Shown here: positions 35,561 through 50,130 of the stretch, in pieces | Layout: each line of letters opens with the position of its first letter | Position numbering within the stretch: the first letter of the stretch is position 1 | NCBI GenBank assembly: GCA_030704615.1 | Contig: CM060734.1 | Span: 35,030,001-35,094,000, forward strand | Source of the DNA: Takakia lepidozioides | Taxonomy: Eukaryota; Plantae; Bryophyta | Reading direction: 5' to 3' | DNA length: 64,000 bases | The notes under the pieces: generated by a model | The model's input: only the letters and a program-made list of their open reading frames with translations | The model's database searches: none | What the model was told of the DNA's origin: nothing | Program-made: the position numbers and the translations under genes

Positions 35561-38500
35561 ATGAGTGGGCTATCTCATCATAGAATGAATATGTAGAGCA
35601 GTTTCATTCTAAAGTGGTCCAAGAATTACTCTGGCCCATGAATTAGAGCGAGGGGCTTATGTAGTAAGGCCATTTGTATTAAGGAATGAGATCAAGGGTA
35701 AAAAAAAAGAAGGGAGGAACGCGAGATGTATTAAATTGGCCAAATTTAGATAGGGAGTCTTGTAGGGACCTTTGAGTAAAGGTCCCAAGTTTTGGGAGGG
35801 GTTATTCCGAAGGTCGAAAAATGGGAGAGCAACGGAGCAGCCAATGGGGAGGGAGGCCATTGGGTGTGGGAATGGCTGATATGTGAGGCCATGTGTGAAG
35901 CCTGAAGGAGAGGCGGTGGGCCTCCTTCTAGAGATTTCTCACTGACCCTCCTTCTAGTGTTTTCCACATAAGTAGGATGTGGTGGTGGGCCTCTTAGAGA
36001 AGGCTCCACCAGAGGCCCACCACCACACGAGATTGTATATGAACTTTTGAAGGAGGATGAGTGAGGGCCTCGAAGCTTGTTCCGAGATCTCATCACAATT
36101 CCTGCATGCCATGTACTTTGTCAAACATCCGGAATTGATTGTATTCAGCGTTGAAGCATTCAATCCACACCTGGGCTCAGAGTGTACAGGCCATTGATCA
36201 CCGATAACAGACTAAGCGGTAGCAGTCAGTCACAGTTACAAAACCTTATTTTAAGTGAGCCCGGAATGAGTTTTGGCGTTACAAGTCGTACTAAGTTGTC
36301 AGCTTTTCCACCGTGAAAGCCGAGTTGGATGGAGTGTCGAGTAGAAAGAGACGTTGGGGGAGGAGTCATGAGAGCAGTGCTCTGTCAGCCAGCATCTCTC
36401 GCCTGCCATGTGCAGTGGGCCCTCTGCCGAGTTCCTGCATGATGGTTCAATCAGAGTTAGGAAGGGATTTTGGAGGGGTAGGTGCGTGCATGATGATTGT
36501 GAAATCAAACTCTTTCAACATCTTTTAGTCTGGGAGGAACAGTATTCCGTGCTAACAGTTCTTCCTATTTGAGAAGCAAAAACAACTGGAACTTGAGCAC
36601 TTTGGGCTTGAACTTTCTTTGATGTTCTCATATGACCCTGTGGCTATGGAAACTTGGAGTGTCAGGTCTCAACATTTGCATATCTTTTTGAGACAGAATA
36701 ATTAAACCTAGTACAAATGGAACTCAACCAAAATAATCGTAATGACTGTCGAAACCTGCGAAATTCTCTTGAAACAATTCAAAAAGCACTCCACTTTTGG
36801 TCTTCAAAGCTGACAGATTTGCAGTGGGCTGTGGTTGGTTCTCTCTCATAATTTGGAATCATATGTGTCCTACCCATAGCGAACCTCCTGCAAAAGGGAA
36901 AAGGCTCTTGCATTGTTTCCTTGCAGACGTGTTTGCACACCTAATCACTCCTCAAATATGCCACAATTTATGGAAATCCGTGAGCGTCCGTGGAAAATTT
37001 CCCAAGTAGCGTTGCCTGGCGTGATGATTAGATCTGCAGAAATGATCTCGGTCTCAAATCGTGAATACTACATTGCACGGTGAGGTTGCCGTTGTGACTA
37101 AGTTTGTGCCGGCTGGTATTTGTAACCTCATGTCTTCTAAAGGAAATGGGTCTTCCCATGGAAATTGAGAGCTTGTTCTCACCACAGTTGGCCTGCGCGG
37201 AACAGCCAAATAGTCGGTGGGGCTAAACTCTGAGCTTAGATGATTGGGGGTGCAGAGCAGCATGCAGGGGTCCAAGACAAAGTTCCTAATTAAGGTCCCA
37301 CTACCGGTCTTCACAGTTGGCACGGTTGTCCTAGCTACCCAGCTGGTCCCAATTGTCAGAATTGGTCCTACCATCTCTCAAAATTCCAACTTGTAAAGGG
37401 TAGACCTTGTTGGAGTTCTCGCATGAATAATGCAACTCTCCAGCTTGCATGTTATGTCACGGGTGAAAATTGAAGACCATCCGGCAAGGTATCAAAAGCA
37501 GTTTGATTGATGAGTAAATTGGCGGTGTTTGGCTGCATAAAGGTACTTTGTACATACCACAATTTAGCTTTCAAGAGTAGCTTGAGGTAATAGCGCCATG
37601 GTAAAGCGATAGTCACATGTAGGCAAAGTTTGCTTTGAACAAATGTCTGCACGAAGGCTAAGAATAAAATCATGGTTCCCTATATTTTATCTCTTCCACT
37701 ATTTTTGAGCAGTACTCGGTAGGGTAACTCTTGAAACGCAAAGTCTGTGATGGAAAGGATTTCCACTTCAGCGTGTCTCAGGCCCTGCACTGACCAGTTC
37801 GGTGTAGGGTAATCTAAGAGATGTAAGCAATTCCGAATTTGGAGATGAATACTCACAACTGGTGATTCCGTGTCCAATCTCAGAGAGAAGTCAGCATCTC
37901 GTGGCTGTAACCCTCGTGATAGTTTGTACGATCTTAGCGGTATCTGGGGTTGCAAGTTATGATTTACGTGAAACTGGAAGACGTAAACTTGTACTAGCAC
38001 CTGACGTCTGGTACAAAAGGATTACGTCCTTACCTTGTTCTGTGTACTTTCACAACGCTCATTTCTTATGTCCATTCTCCCCCTGATCCTCTCCTTTGAA
38101 CAGTCTCTTCACATCCGCCACACTACAAGTTTCGACCCTCCCAAAGCTCAACAAATTGAACGAATTTACTGGACGTAGAAGCAGCTCTAGAAACAGTAGT
38201 AAACCTGTAGGTGAAGCCACGTTTTAGGCAGACTCAGTTTAGAGAAAAGTAAAAGCTGCTGCAGCTTGCCTCGGGAAATGGAAATTCCTCATTCATGATA
38301 GGAAACACCCAAGTCTGACAATGCGCCAGCGCTCTTCACAACGTTTCCCGTTGGATTCCATCTCACTTTCGAGAAGTGTAAGAGATTGGATTAAATTCTG
38401 TGCCTCCGCTTCGTGTTAAGCTTAGGAGCTGCGGAAGATAGAGGATGCCAACCAAGTCTCTACTCCCTGGCAGAGCGTAAGAGGGAAATGGGGGAAATTT

Positions 38501-38909
38501 CCAGCGCAATCAGTGAGACATTGCGTTCGTGCACGTTCTGAAGCCATGTCAGAGTATCATTAACATGTCGGATGGCACTTACAGTAGCCGTGCATGATGC
38601 GTTCCTCCAGCCTCTCTCTCAATATAAACAGAGGTTCCCGTCATTTATCACCCGTTGCTGACTAAAGCCTAGGAGAATTGAGAGGAAATAGACTGAGACT
38701 TAGTGAGGAAAGGTAGCGACTGGATACAGTCACAGACACTTGTCATATCTCATGAGAAACTGTCGTCGACTGTCCCAGACTGAAACTCAAGCTAAGAATT
38801 GACACTAGCAGCTTGCGCAAGCTGTGGCCGCACTTCCACTTGAGTCGAAAGCTCCCGGAATTCTCGATTCCAGCTAATATTGGAAGTCCTCTCACCAACG
38901 CGATTTCAA

Positions 38910-41128
38910 ATGGACCGCATTATATGGAATCCTATTGCTGTCATAGTGGTATGCTTTTTAATTCTATCTTCATCCCATTTGGTTCAGTCTGAGAAAGTAT
39001 TAGACACATCACTTAAGGGAAAGGTCTCTAACACAGTGCCAACGACCACAGCCGAACTTGCTGCTGAATTCGAGAGTTGGGTGGCTTACATGGGTGCCAA
39101 GCATCCCGCCCTCAGTAGTCCTATCGACAACCCTCCCGTTTTCATTGATCCACTTAGTAAACTAGGTCCCCGTATCATCGTTGTGGCCAAAAATGGAAGG
39201 GGAAACTTCAAGACTGTGCAGGAAGCCGTTGATGCAGTTCCGATCAACAACAAAGAGCGTGTTATTATTGAAGTGCGTGCAGGAGTCTACAAGTAAGATA
39301 CCTGACCGCCATCTCAGAAATTTTGTTTCAATGGGGACCGTTTTAGTGTTACAAGCGGTTTCTTTGTCTGCGTGTCTGAAGAATTACACACGTTTGTAAA
39401 CGTCCTCTGAGTTTTTTGAAGTAAGACTTTTCGATTAAACATCGGGAGGATTCAGGAGAATTGTCTGTGTCCGGGGGAGGGATGAATTCACTCGGAAAAC
39501 ATTGCTTCCGCCGGTAGTTAAGCTGTGGAGAAGATATGTGGGAGACTCCTTAGTGTAACTAGTGCTGCCATCTCTCTACAGGGTTGCGTATCTAGATAAT
39601 ATGGTACACGGATTGATTTTGAGTTCGGGTGCATGAACAGGGAGAGAGTCTCCATCCCAAAAACAAAACCTTTCATCACATTGAAAGGAGCTGGTCGCGA
39701 TGTCACAACCATTGTTCACGGAGAGACTGCCGGGAAAGCTGGAAGTACTTATAAAAGTGCAACTTTCGGAGTTAGCGCCCAGCATTTTATTGCAAGAAAT
39801 ATCAGCTTCAAGGTGCACACAATCACTTCAATTAAATGTTCAAGAACGGTTTTGGTTTGAGTACAAGTTTCCAGTATGTCTTTGCAACACATGTATGATC
39901 GTTGAACCACTGTGACTTTGCAAGCTAAAAGTTTCTAAGTAAGTTTAATGCCTCTGATCATGTGCACTATTCTGCGATTGTACAGAATTCAGCCCCAGCA
40001 CCAAAAGGTGGGGCAAAACTGAGGCAGGCTGTAGCGCTCCGCATCACAGGTGATTTTGGCGCTTTCTACGGTTGTGGTTTTCACGGGGCTCAAGACACTC
40101 TGTATGATGATCAAGGACGCCACTACTTCAAAGAATGCGTCATTGAAGGATCAATTGACTTCGTGTTTGGCAACGGACTCTCCATATACAAGGTGCGTAT
40201 GATCGCAGGATTTTGGCGGTTGGACAACACAAATTCTAGGCATCTAGGCCTGAGTGTGTACATGATTTGTCGTCAGCGATCATGCCTTGAGTCCAGTCTA
40301 AGTACTGCTCAAGATCTAGTCAGTAATTATGGTCCGTGTCTCCTTTCAGCACTGTGAATTGAAAGCCATTGCAACTCCGTACGGATCCCTCACAGCGCAA
40401 CACAGGATCACAGCTCGCCAAGATAGCGGGTTCTCGTTTGTGAACTGCACTGTGACGGGGACTGGTCAAATCTACTTGGGACGAGCGTGGGGATCCTACT
40501 CCCGTGTTGTGTTCGCCTACACATGGATGGACGACATCGTCGTTCCCCAAGGATGGTTTAACTGGGGACTTCCTGCCAGGCAAAGGTATGTCACCAAATC
40601 GTAAATCTGACGATCACAGAAATAACAACCGAATCGCCTGTCTCTACCTCCCCACAAGGGATGTGGGATCGTATAAGAATTATAATAACATGTCAACTGT
40701 TGGAAATGGTTCCAAACTTTCATATGCTTTTGGCGCCAGTGAGCTACGTAGTCGAGAGACAACAAAAAGAAATCTGGTGAACAGCCAACTTAGACGATCC
40801 ATCGACAATCCTATATGCTATATGATAATTGTTCAAGATCGATCTTGTGCAGCTTGTGTGGATCTTCGAATTACAAAACCTTCCTGGAGCTAACTAGTCC
40901 AGCCTGAGATCATCGTCTTATATGCTTCTGAAAACCTTGTCATTAATTATCTGTGAATTGTTCTTGAAATTTTTCAGAACTGTTTACTATGGACAATACC
41001 AATGCTCAGGACCGGGAGCAAGTCGGAAGGGTCGGGTCAGGTGGTCTCACGAACTCACAGAAGTCCAGGCCGCGCCCTTCCTCTCCTTGAGATTCATCGA
41101 TGGTCAGCTGTGGGTTCCTGAAGTATAG
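38910..41128 (+). CDS. PME: Pectin methylesterase (no PMEI pro-domain), 5 exons
   Basis: Exons 38910-39292, 39641-39812, 39986-40192, 40350-40585, 40978-41128, all GT-AG and in phase. Signal peptide; [64 protein letters not shown]. Confidence 0.95.
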
Positions 41129-43128
41129 ATCTTTGATGCTGGATCTAGATAGTATTTCATCAAAAAACGTATTCTTAACCTGGGTCAAGATTCTGTTAAA
41201 TTAGCAGTTCACGTTATCTCGTATCACACAGCTCCATATATGAATGTTCAAGCAACAATCAGCCATGATTTCCGGCTTACCACAGAGAAGAACACAAAGA
41301 AAAAGAATACAAACACAGTTATAGGTTATAACTCGCTGGAGCTGGGACCAACTTAGACAACTTGCGATCTTTATATTTTGCCAGTTGTGCACATCTCACA
41401 TGACATCGAAGTCGGGACAAGAAATAACCTGGACCCAAGACTCCAGCACTAGGTGAGGCTGGAGCAAGGATGGTTGCAAGCGGTGGAGTCCAGACCAAAA
41501 TAAAACTAGATCGGTGTACACCTAAATTATAAACTTATGTGCTTCAGTGTACTTGTTTCATATCCAAATTTTTACTGCAATTCCCATTTCTCTCGACAAT
41601 TATTTTGTTCGTTCCCCTCTAGCCAGAGGGCCAAACTGTGTCACCAGCATTGCATTGAGAAAGATAGCGCCTGCAGGCTTTTGGTGAAACAATTGTCAAA
41701 CGAACTGATGTATCAACGACTAGCTAGTATGCCTCTCATGATCAAGTACATGGCTGTCGTTGCTCTTACTTTGAGGGAAACTTGCCTCATTTCGGTAATC
41801 TGTGCTCAAAGAATCCAGCCAGACAGTTGTGTCCAGACATGCACGCCATCGAGTTATTGTTTTTCCTGTTTCAAGTGTTTCGTGCTCTGGATTCTGTTAT
41901 TTGTCTTGTTAGGGTAAAGAACCAGGGCAAGGGGGGAGTACCAGGGTTAGGTAGCTAGTGAAGCAGGACACCCTTGCATAAAGGATATTTCAAAGAAAAA
42001 ATATCAACCAGCCTTGCTGGCAGAGTGTGAACATAACACTAGTTCCCTGCGGGTTTACAAGACCAAGAAACATGTGTTGATTTTTTCCTTATGATGTCTG
42101 ATGTTGCTGAGATTGATTAATTGACGGTTGCAGTGCATTTCGGACAGTTGCGGCTGTTCATTGTCCAGGTAACCATCAGCATGCCAAAGTTGCACATAAG
42201 CTTTTTTGCTATTTAAATATAACAAGAAGATTTAGCATTGAGTGCAACCTCCGGCCGAGATGGAATTAGGGATTCTTAGAAGGACCCAAGACAGGATTAT
42301 GGCTCTCTACATTTCATAAAATTTCCACCATATATACCAATATGAAGCAGAATGTCAAAGAGGGAACCTACAAAAGGTATCCAGAATAAGTGCATTTCTA
42401 CTGAAACTACTGTATGATGGTCAGACAAAACAGTCATCGAATGGTAAAGTTGATTGTCATTTGGTATCAAGCGCGAAATACCAGTGGTTTGGTTGCTCAC
42501 ATTCTATCTGCAACTATCCAGCACAACTCTAAAAACTGATGAACCCTTCACCACAGAATGTGGGTACAGATTGAGGTTCTAATTTCCAAATGGAGTGCCC
42601 GTGTGGATGGGCAATGAATTTTTACCTTATCATAACAATCTACACGTTCCCAGTAATTAGGGGCATTCACTATTAGCCAGGGATTCCGATGGTGTGGCAC
42701 ATGTCAAAAACGCGATGCTAGTAGTCCCTACAAAGTGAGAACCCTACATATATTCTGTTGTATAGTAGATCTACAAGCAAATTATTGCCTAACCTTGATT
42801 GACCTCTTGGAGACCTAAAGGTTCATTCATGCTGGGACTTACCAAGTCACAAGATGTGTCGATTTGAGTGGACCACAGTTTTCAGTGATGTGGCCCAGCT
42901 CTCGAGTTGTATCTCAGACATGGATGAAGTCATAATCTAGAGGCATTGAAAAGACTAACCCTAGTGCATGCAAAGCACTCGAACAGAATTTGAAACGGTT
43001 GTTCTACAAGAAGGGCATTATAGAAGAAAACTCTCATTTGTTCAAATGCATTATACCCTGACGCCCCCACCTGCAATGAATCTCTGAAAGACTGCAGCCA
43101 AATTTCTCAGAGCAACCAACCCAGGTAG

Positions 43129-46100
43129 TCACGCAGGAACTGGCTCTACCTTTGCTGGCAGCTCTGCATGCTCCCCAACCTGCACCTTCCACAGCCAAAA
43201 ATTAGCCAACTCAATCTTTCTTCGCGGTCCTGATCATACTTGTCAACATTCCTCCATTGAGGGTTGGATTCATCTGCACAGTAGGCCAGATTAGGTTGCG
43301 TCTCCATAGGAAACATCTGCGAGATCATTTACTTCTACAGAATCAACTTCTCTTTACTTTTCTTTGATGAAACCTTCCACAAGGAAGCATTATGAATATA
43401 GCACATTCTGGCTAACAAAAACTGCTGATCTCTTCGTCTATCTGCCCCTTTCCTCAACAATGTAACGCAACCACATCTAAATGGAACATATCTTGTGAGC
43501 TGGGGGTCCAGAGGAGCAATGCTGGTATGACGCCAATGCCAGTTTATCTGACACATCCTGTGCTCGTAACAGGATTATTGCCAGCTGTGCACAAGCACCG
43601 TAGATTTTTCAGGCTGAACTGGATAAATACTGTGGTGGACTGAAACCCCATGACCAGGTCTAGGAGGTTTGGTAACCTGTAGGAACTAAATACCATCCAG
43701 TACATGTCCTAGCCATCTTTCCGTAACGACAAGTCAACTGTCCCAGGGGTCCTATAAACCCCCAACCTTTGGATTGTTCCTTTTTACTGGTGGTTTGCCT
43801 GGTCATTGTAAGGTCACTAGTGAGATGGGTCAAGCCACCTCTAGCTTTTTCAGTGACCAACTCAATTCCAACCAAGCAGAGTGTACCTTGGCAGATTTGA
43901 AAAGCTCGTCCAGCACTTCAGATAGGGTTGGGTGTGCATGCACAGCATACTTAATTTCCTGTTAACCAGACACACACAATGCCATGTTTCCCTTCAGATT
44001 AGTACATCTTTCCCTCTACTTCATCATGTGGCACATCTGAGCAACAGCAGCAGCTCTAAGAAATTTAAGAACTTCCATAAAATTGAGATATTGGCATAAG
44101 CAGATGCTTTGAACGGACTAAGAACTTTTCAATGTCACAAGTAAGAACCACCAACCTTAATGGAGGTGCCCAAAGCTATGGCATTTGAAGCTTCATGAAT
44201 GAGATCAGCCGCATGCAGGCCAAGAATGTGAACTCCTAAAATCTCCCCAGTGTCTGCTCTATATATTAACTGCCACATGTCACAATGATACCTTCATCAG
44301 CTATGATTTAATGAATTTTTTCCTTTAACCAAAGCCTGGTGAAATAAAATCATTGGCATGAAGCTGGTCCCGAGATTGCCTCTATAAATACTGGTGAGTC
44401 CATTCTCTCTCTCCTCTGAAAAGTTAATCCAAGAGTCACTCTAGTTCTGAGCTTTGAGAAGGGACAAGGGAAGAACTAAAAAAACCTTTCCTTATATCAT
44501 ACCTTAGCAAGGCCCTCGCCCTCATTCTCGGCAAGAGCTTTGGTGTTGGCTTTGAAGCTGGTCTTAGCGATGCTCACTTCAAAGCCTTCTGCTTCTGCCT
44601 TTGCTCTGGCTTGCGGCTGCAGCAAACAAGTCAAGTCCACAAATCAAGCTGCAGTTTTGAACGACTGAGAGGCAAGAAAAACAGAGCATCTGCTTGGAAG
44701 GGTTGTTTATACCTCTGTGAGGCCAGCCATGCTGATCTCAGGGTGCGTGAAGCAAGCTGCTGGAATACTGAGATGGTTCAAAACATTGTCTCTCCCCACA
44801 ATCTGCTCTATCACTGTGTAACACCAATGGACCCAAAAACTTGGTCAGTATATCAGCTGACTTTTAGCCTGATAAAAACCAGAATTTTACAAGGTTAAAC
44901 TGATCTTGACTTAGTGTGGGGATGGCACTACCAAACTGATGGAAGACAGAAACCTGTTGATTAACTCACCTGAAATCCCCTGAGCACTTGCTGCATGAGC
45001 AAGCATCATCTTGCCATTGGCATCACCTATGCAAAACAAATTTGGCACCTGCCCTCTCACCATGAGCCCCACAGATGTTAGTACACATCCTCTTCAGCTA
45101 TTTCAATGACAAAGTGGAAAGATGAACAGTTTGAAAATAAAAGAGAGCTATGAAGAGGTACATAAGACAACACATACCAGCTCGCCTTCTGAATCAAGCA
45201 CTCGCATCCGCTCATCCACAGGTACATAGCCTCTCTGTGTCACCACCTTCACCTGCAAAGAGCCAGATTGTTGGAAACTGATGAGTCAAAACTAGCACAC
45301 CTAAGCTCGGGAATTCAACAAGATGCAAACAAGACATGAAAGGGTCTGGCATAGTGCCCCTGAGTCAACCCAAACAGCACAAGACAATGTACAAATCTAT
45401 GAATACTTCGTTCCTACTGAAATCCCACCCAGATTTCAGTGCAAGTCCTGAGGAGGAGCAACCCACATTCTCAAGCCCTAAGCCTTTTGTGAAAGGAGCA
45501 CGTCCTGTGGCAATAAGAGCTGCATCCACCTGCAATGTCCAGTATATATTTATGTCACATCTTCACACATTGATTGTCTATCAGACATAGACAGGGCACG
45601 AATGTGATCGAAGTGGATTGCAGCAGCCTTTCTACTAGACCCCACCCCCAAGTTGGATGATTGAGAAAGAGAGATTAAAACTTATAATGGTAGACAGGTT
45701 TCTAAAACATGTAGGCCCACCTTGGTTTCTTCTTCAGTGAGTCATGGCTGCTGCATATCCACTGCTAAGATAAACTGAATCTCAAGACCAAGCTCTGGTC
45801 CTGCTCTCTGATGTTCACCAAATTAAGTAAAACGGGATTAGGAATGGACCTCCAGAACATCCTTGAGCTCCTTTGTCTTTGTGTCAATTAGTTCAATTGT
45901 CACTGGTCTTCCATCCTTTGCAGGAGTTATCTGCAGACAAGAAATATCAAATGAACTCAAAAATTATTCTTGGAACAATCAGCTCTTAACAGGTTGTATG
46001 CAGACTAGGGTGGATCTGTGGACACATACAGCACAGTGACAGATGCACAAAGAGTCCGACTTTAATCAGTGCTGTTCACAAACAGTCTTAGAACAACATT

Positions 46101-48243
46101 GTACCTTCTTGGCCAGCACTCCAACATGATAGTCAATTTTGCGGGGGTTGATCAAAATTCTCTGTGCCAGCTTCCCAATTTCAGGGTCGAAGCCGGGCAT
46201 CAAACCATCAAGTGCTTCAATGAATGTCACCTGTCAAGCCAAACAGGACAAACAACTGCATCAATTGCCTCCAAATTGCCAGAGAATAACAGTCATATCA
46301 GAGAAGTCTCAGAGACAGTCAATTAAATAAGATTAAGATTCACAAACCTCACTTCCGAGGGCTGTGTAGACATCACTGAACTCCAGACCAATATAGCCAC
46401 TACCCACAATTGCAAGCCAGTCAGGGATCCACTCCAGCTTCAAGGCATGGTCACTTGTAAACACCGTCTTTCCTGTAGCCCCACTTTTCGCATTCAAGTT
46501 ACTCGTGGTTTCATTGCATTTCTAGAGATCTTATCATATGATCTTGGCAAGTGTTAAACAGATGGAAGTTAGAATGTTGTAGAACAGAAGAACTTCTGAA
46601 GATCCAAATTCAAGTTTGTTCAAAAAGAAGGCTTACCATCTATCTCAATGCCTGGAGGTACAAATGGAACAGACCCCGTGGCAATAATGATGTTACGTGC
46701 GGTTACAGTCTTGTCAGGATACCCAACCTTTCCATATTTCACCTTCTGAGGGGCCTGTTAAGAATCCATCCAACAGCATCAGTCATTGAACCTTCTAACA
46801 GTAACATTCTTACCCCCCCACCAGTCAGGAAAATACTGCAGAGGGGTTTAGGGTTTAAGATCATCAAACCACAGAGACCAAACTAAAACAATTTGATCAG
46901 AAATAGCAAGCATACCACGATTGTACCGACGCCGTTCAGAATGTCAACCCCCATACCCTTCATAGAGTTTGTTAGATTCCCCCGAATTTTGGTGGCCAGG
47001 TTATTGGCATGGTCAGCAACCGCCTGCCTGTCATAACCAGCAGCTGCCACCTGGATTACATGTCCCACCACACCCAATGTAGTGTGAGAAAATCACTACA
47101 GTTCACTGCAAACATCAACAATCAGGTTGGCTGTGAAGCACCTGCTTGGTATAGGCTTATACCTCAACGAGAGAGCCAAAGCTCAACGACGTTTAGTTCG
47201 AAAGTCGAATGAGACAGAGACATCCAGTATTATACGGAGAGGGAGATAGACAGACAAAGACAGACACAGAGAGCGTTGGACAATGCTTCGATAACCCAGA
47301 GACCATAGGTCCAGCAGACGTTTTTGAAAGAGAATAGCAAAGTGCTCATCTTATACACCTGAAAGAAATCTCAGTACCATTTGGCTCTTCGGCTTCCTTC
47401 GGGAGAAAATGTGCTGGACAATGAGGTCAATGATGGGGTAGTTTTCACTACCTAACTCCCTATATACTCCTTGAATGGAGAGTGCACAATTTGTAAAAGA
47501 TCTAATGGGAGGGCTCGTAGGCAGATTATTGTGGCAGGAATTTGAACTTTATTTCCATCATTGAAATTACGCATGCAGATAGGAGTACCTGGATACCAAG
47601 AGCCTTGAGGTGGTGCTCATCGTGGAGTTCACGCATACGCCCACTCACAGCCAGCAATGCCTTGGACGGCACACAACCTCTGTTCACGCAAGTCCCTCCC
47701 ACTACATCACCTTCTATGATCGCGGTCCTCAAACCCTGCCATGCGAGAACGGAAGTCCAGGTTAAAAGAACTTTTCAGCAACAAGTGATTGATGTAACCT
47801 GCAGTTCAGTGACTTAAGTTCCTACCAAACCAAAGCTATCGTATCACGGAATCCCTGCTCATAGGAGATTCCACCAAACTATTTGTAGCCACAACATGCG
47901 GGTAACTAACCTGCTCAACTGCGTGAAGAGCGGCACCATGGCCTCCAACACCAGCTCCGATAATGACAACATCATAATCAAATGCTTGGGGAACGCCATT
48001 GGTGGAAGCTTCAACTCTCAATTGCCGTCGGCCTATCTGAGTACTCTGCCTTTTCATGGAAGGCACCCGGAAGCCTTGAGACCCCTTGGAAGCTGAGAGG
48101 CAGAAGCTATGCTTTCGCAGTCCATTATAAACGCTGAGTGACGTCACATTGGAGCATGACGGTGAAGGTGAATTGCTCACTCTGGAGATCTCCAACCCGG
48201 AACATACCCCTGTCACTGGCCTGGAAGCCAGGATTGCTTCCAT
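43129..48243 (-). CDS. LPD: Plastidial dihydrolipoamide dehydrogenase (pyruvate dehydrogenase E3), 15 exons
   Basis: Ser-rich transit peptide; [18 protein letters not shown], redox motif [59 protein letters not shown]. Last exon 43179-43129 ([16 protein letters not shown]) is inferred from its AG acceptor and phase. Confidence 0.95.
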
Positions 48244-48644
48244 AACTCCCTGTCCCTAATAGCACTGAAAGAAAACTCAGCTCTCTCTCTCCTTCCACCA
48301 CTCTGTAATTTAAAACCGTATACGCTGGCACTCAGCCTCCTTCCTGAATCTACCAACAACCAAGCTTCCTCTGCTAGCGATCTAATAAAAGTCGGAGTCC
48401 GATGAAAGCACTGAGCTCCAGACGCAGGCAGTGTGAATGCGCATTGAGAGTACCGCAGCCCGATGATCCCGAGGACCGTCCCTCGCAATCATCGCTCAAG
48501 CTACGGTTCCCTACATTTTTCTTGTTTTCATTATTTTCCTTGCATGTTTCACCGACCAGGCTCCCAGTAGTATCAAGTATCATACTGTTTAATATTTTCA
48601 TACCCGGACAACCAGTGGTAGCCCAGTCACTGGGCCAAAAAAAA

Positions 48645-49690
48645 AGTATGACGCCTCCCAAGGGAGCCTAACTTATGGTGTCCCTTCACCTCACCACACG
48701 GGCTACTACCTTCCAGCTGAAAGGTGGACACCTTCATGACACACCAGACCATGGTTTGAACCCACAACCACATCCAACGTGGTATGTGCCCATTACCACT
48801 AGGCTACATGCTGGGCACATACACCTCGGAAGTGGCTGTGGGTTCAATCCGGTGTTGGCCGGGTACCAGCCCTCTTCCGGTCCCGGTTATGGCCTACTCC
48901 TTGAAAAAAATGGATGGCCGGGGCAGGGTATATCAATAGGTTTGAAAAACATATCGGTTACAGGTTCTCATTAAACACATGAATTTTTTCTTGTCCAGTT
49001 CTCAATCTACCGGTTATGCCATCTTAAAAATTGCCAGTACCAGTTATGGGATTCATCCATTTTATATTTTTACTTTCTCTAGCATTTTTGTGTATGTGTG
49101 TGAAAGTACACAAGAGGGATGTGCCCTGGTGGTAACCCACTCGTGAATTGGCATGTGGGTCTCGGGTTCAAACGTTCAACCCCTATCATCTATTTATTGC
49201 CTTCAGGCTGCCCCTTGTAATACACCAAGTTTATAAATATTGTTTAGCCAAATGCCCAACTAATTAATTTCCTATTTACTTGAGCATCCTCAATGTTGTG
49301 CACCTAATCTTAACTACCATCACCCTACCATCACCAACCCCTATACCTATATTATCTAGAACCGCCTCTAGGCCATCCCTATTTGCTCTGGATCCTGCTC
49401 CGGGTATAACTGCCTTATAATCGCAATGCCGGTTAGGAAGCTCGATGGCTTTTGCCAATTCCTTCCATAGCCGGTTCTTCCGGGGGCTGCACTTTCCGGG
49501 TATGCATATGTGCATAACCGGCAAATAACCGCCGGGTATGCATGTCCAGATGCCATACCCGGCCAACACTGGTTCAATCCACGATTGGTGTCACAAAGGT
49601 GTCACAAAGGTGTCCACCTTCCTGCTGGCAGGCAGTACCTTTCTAGGTCGAGACACCATAATTTACGCTTCTTTTGGGAGGCGTCACATA
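48645..49690. mobile_element. Foldback/MITE-like element with long inverted arms upstream of LPD, interrupted by a hAT insert
   Basis: TGACGCCTCCCA..GGTGGACACC..TTGAACCCACA.CCAC..TATGTGCCC (48649-48792) is mirrored by GGGCACATA..GTGGGTTCAATC (48814-48849) + ..GGTGTCCACC..TGGGAGGCGTCA (49580-49686). Confidence 0.65.
48850..49571. mobile_element. Non-autonomous hAT element, 722 bp
   Basis: 16-bp TIR C[G/A]GTGTTGGCCGGGTA, 8-bp TSD GTTCAATC (48842-48849, 49572-49579), subterminal CCGGTTAT-type repeats. tRNA-like SINE head (GGGTTCAAAC) near 49117-49175. Confidence 0.9.
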
Positions 49691-50130
49691 TGCGTATATT
49701 TTCCTACCCGTGGGACTATGTGCATATATGAATATATCAATATATGATGCGAGTCGTTTGTGCGCTCTGTTGTAGAGAGAGACTTTGCGGAAACATGCAT
49801 GTTAATGAAGAAATGTGGTCAAAGTACCTTACACCGTTAGGCGCTGATTCCTGTGTTGTGCTTAGTCGTGCTCCCTAGTCTTATCTTCCTCTTGTGTTGA
49901 GCCAAAGCAAAGCAAGAGAGCCAATTGTCGTTTGAGGCCTGTTTTGTTTTGTTGGCGAGTCCGTCTTTCAGGGGCAGAGACTTTGCATCGTGTTGAAGTC
50001 AATGGAGAAAATGTGGTCAATGGACCTTACAGTGTGTCAAGAGTATGATTGGTCTGAAATTGCTCTTAAGTATAAACCACTTGTCAAAATTGTTGCTTCA
50101 ATGGACAGAGCCTCTCGCGGTTTGCGGCTT

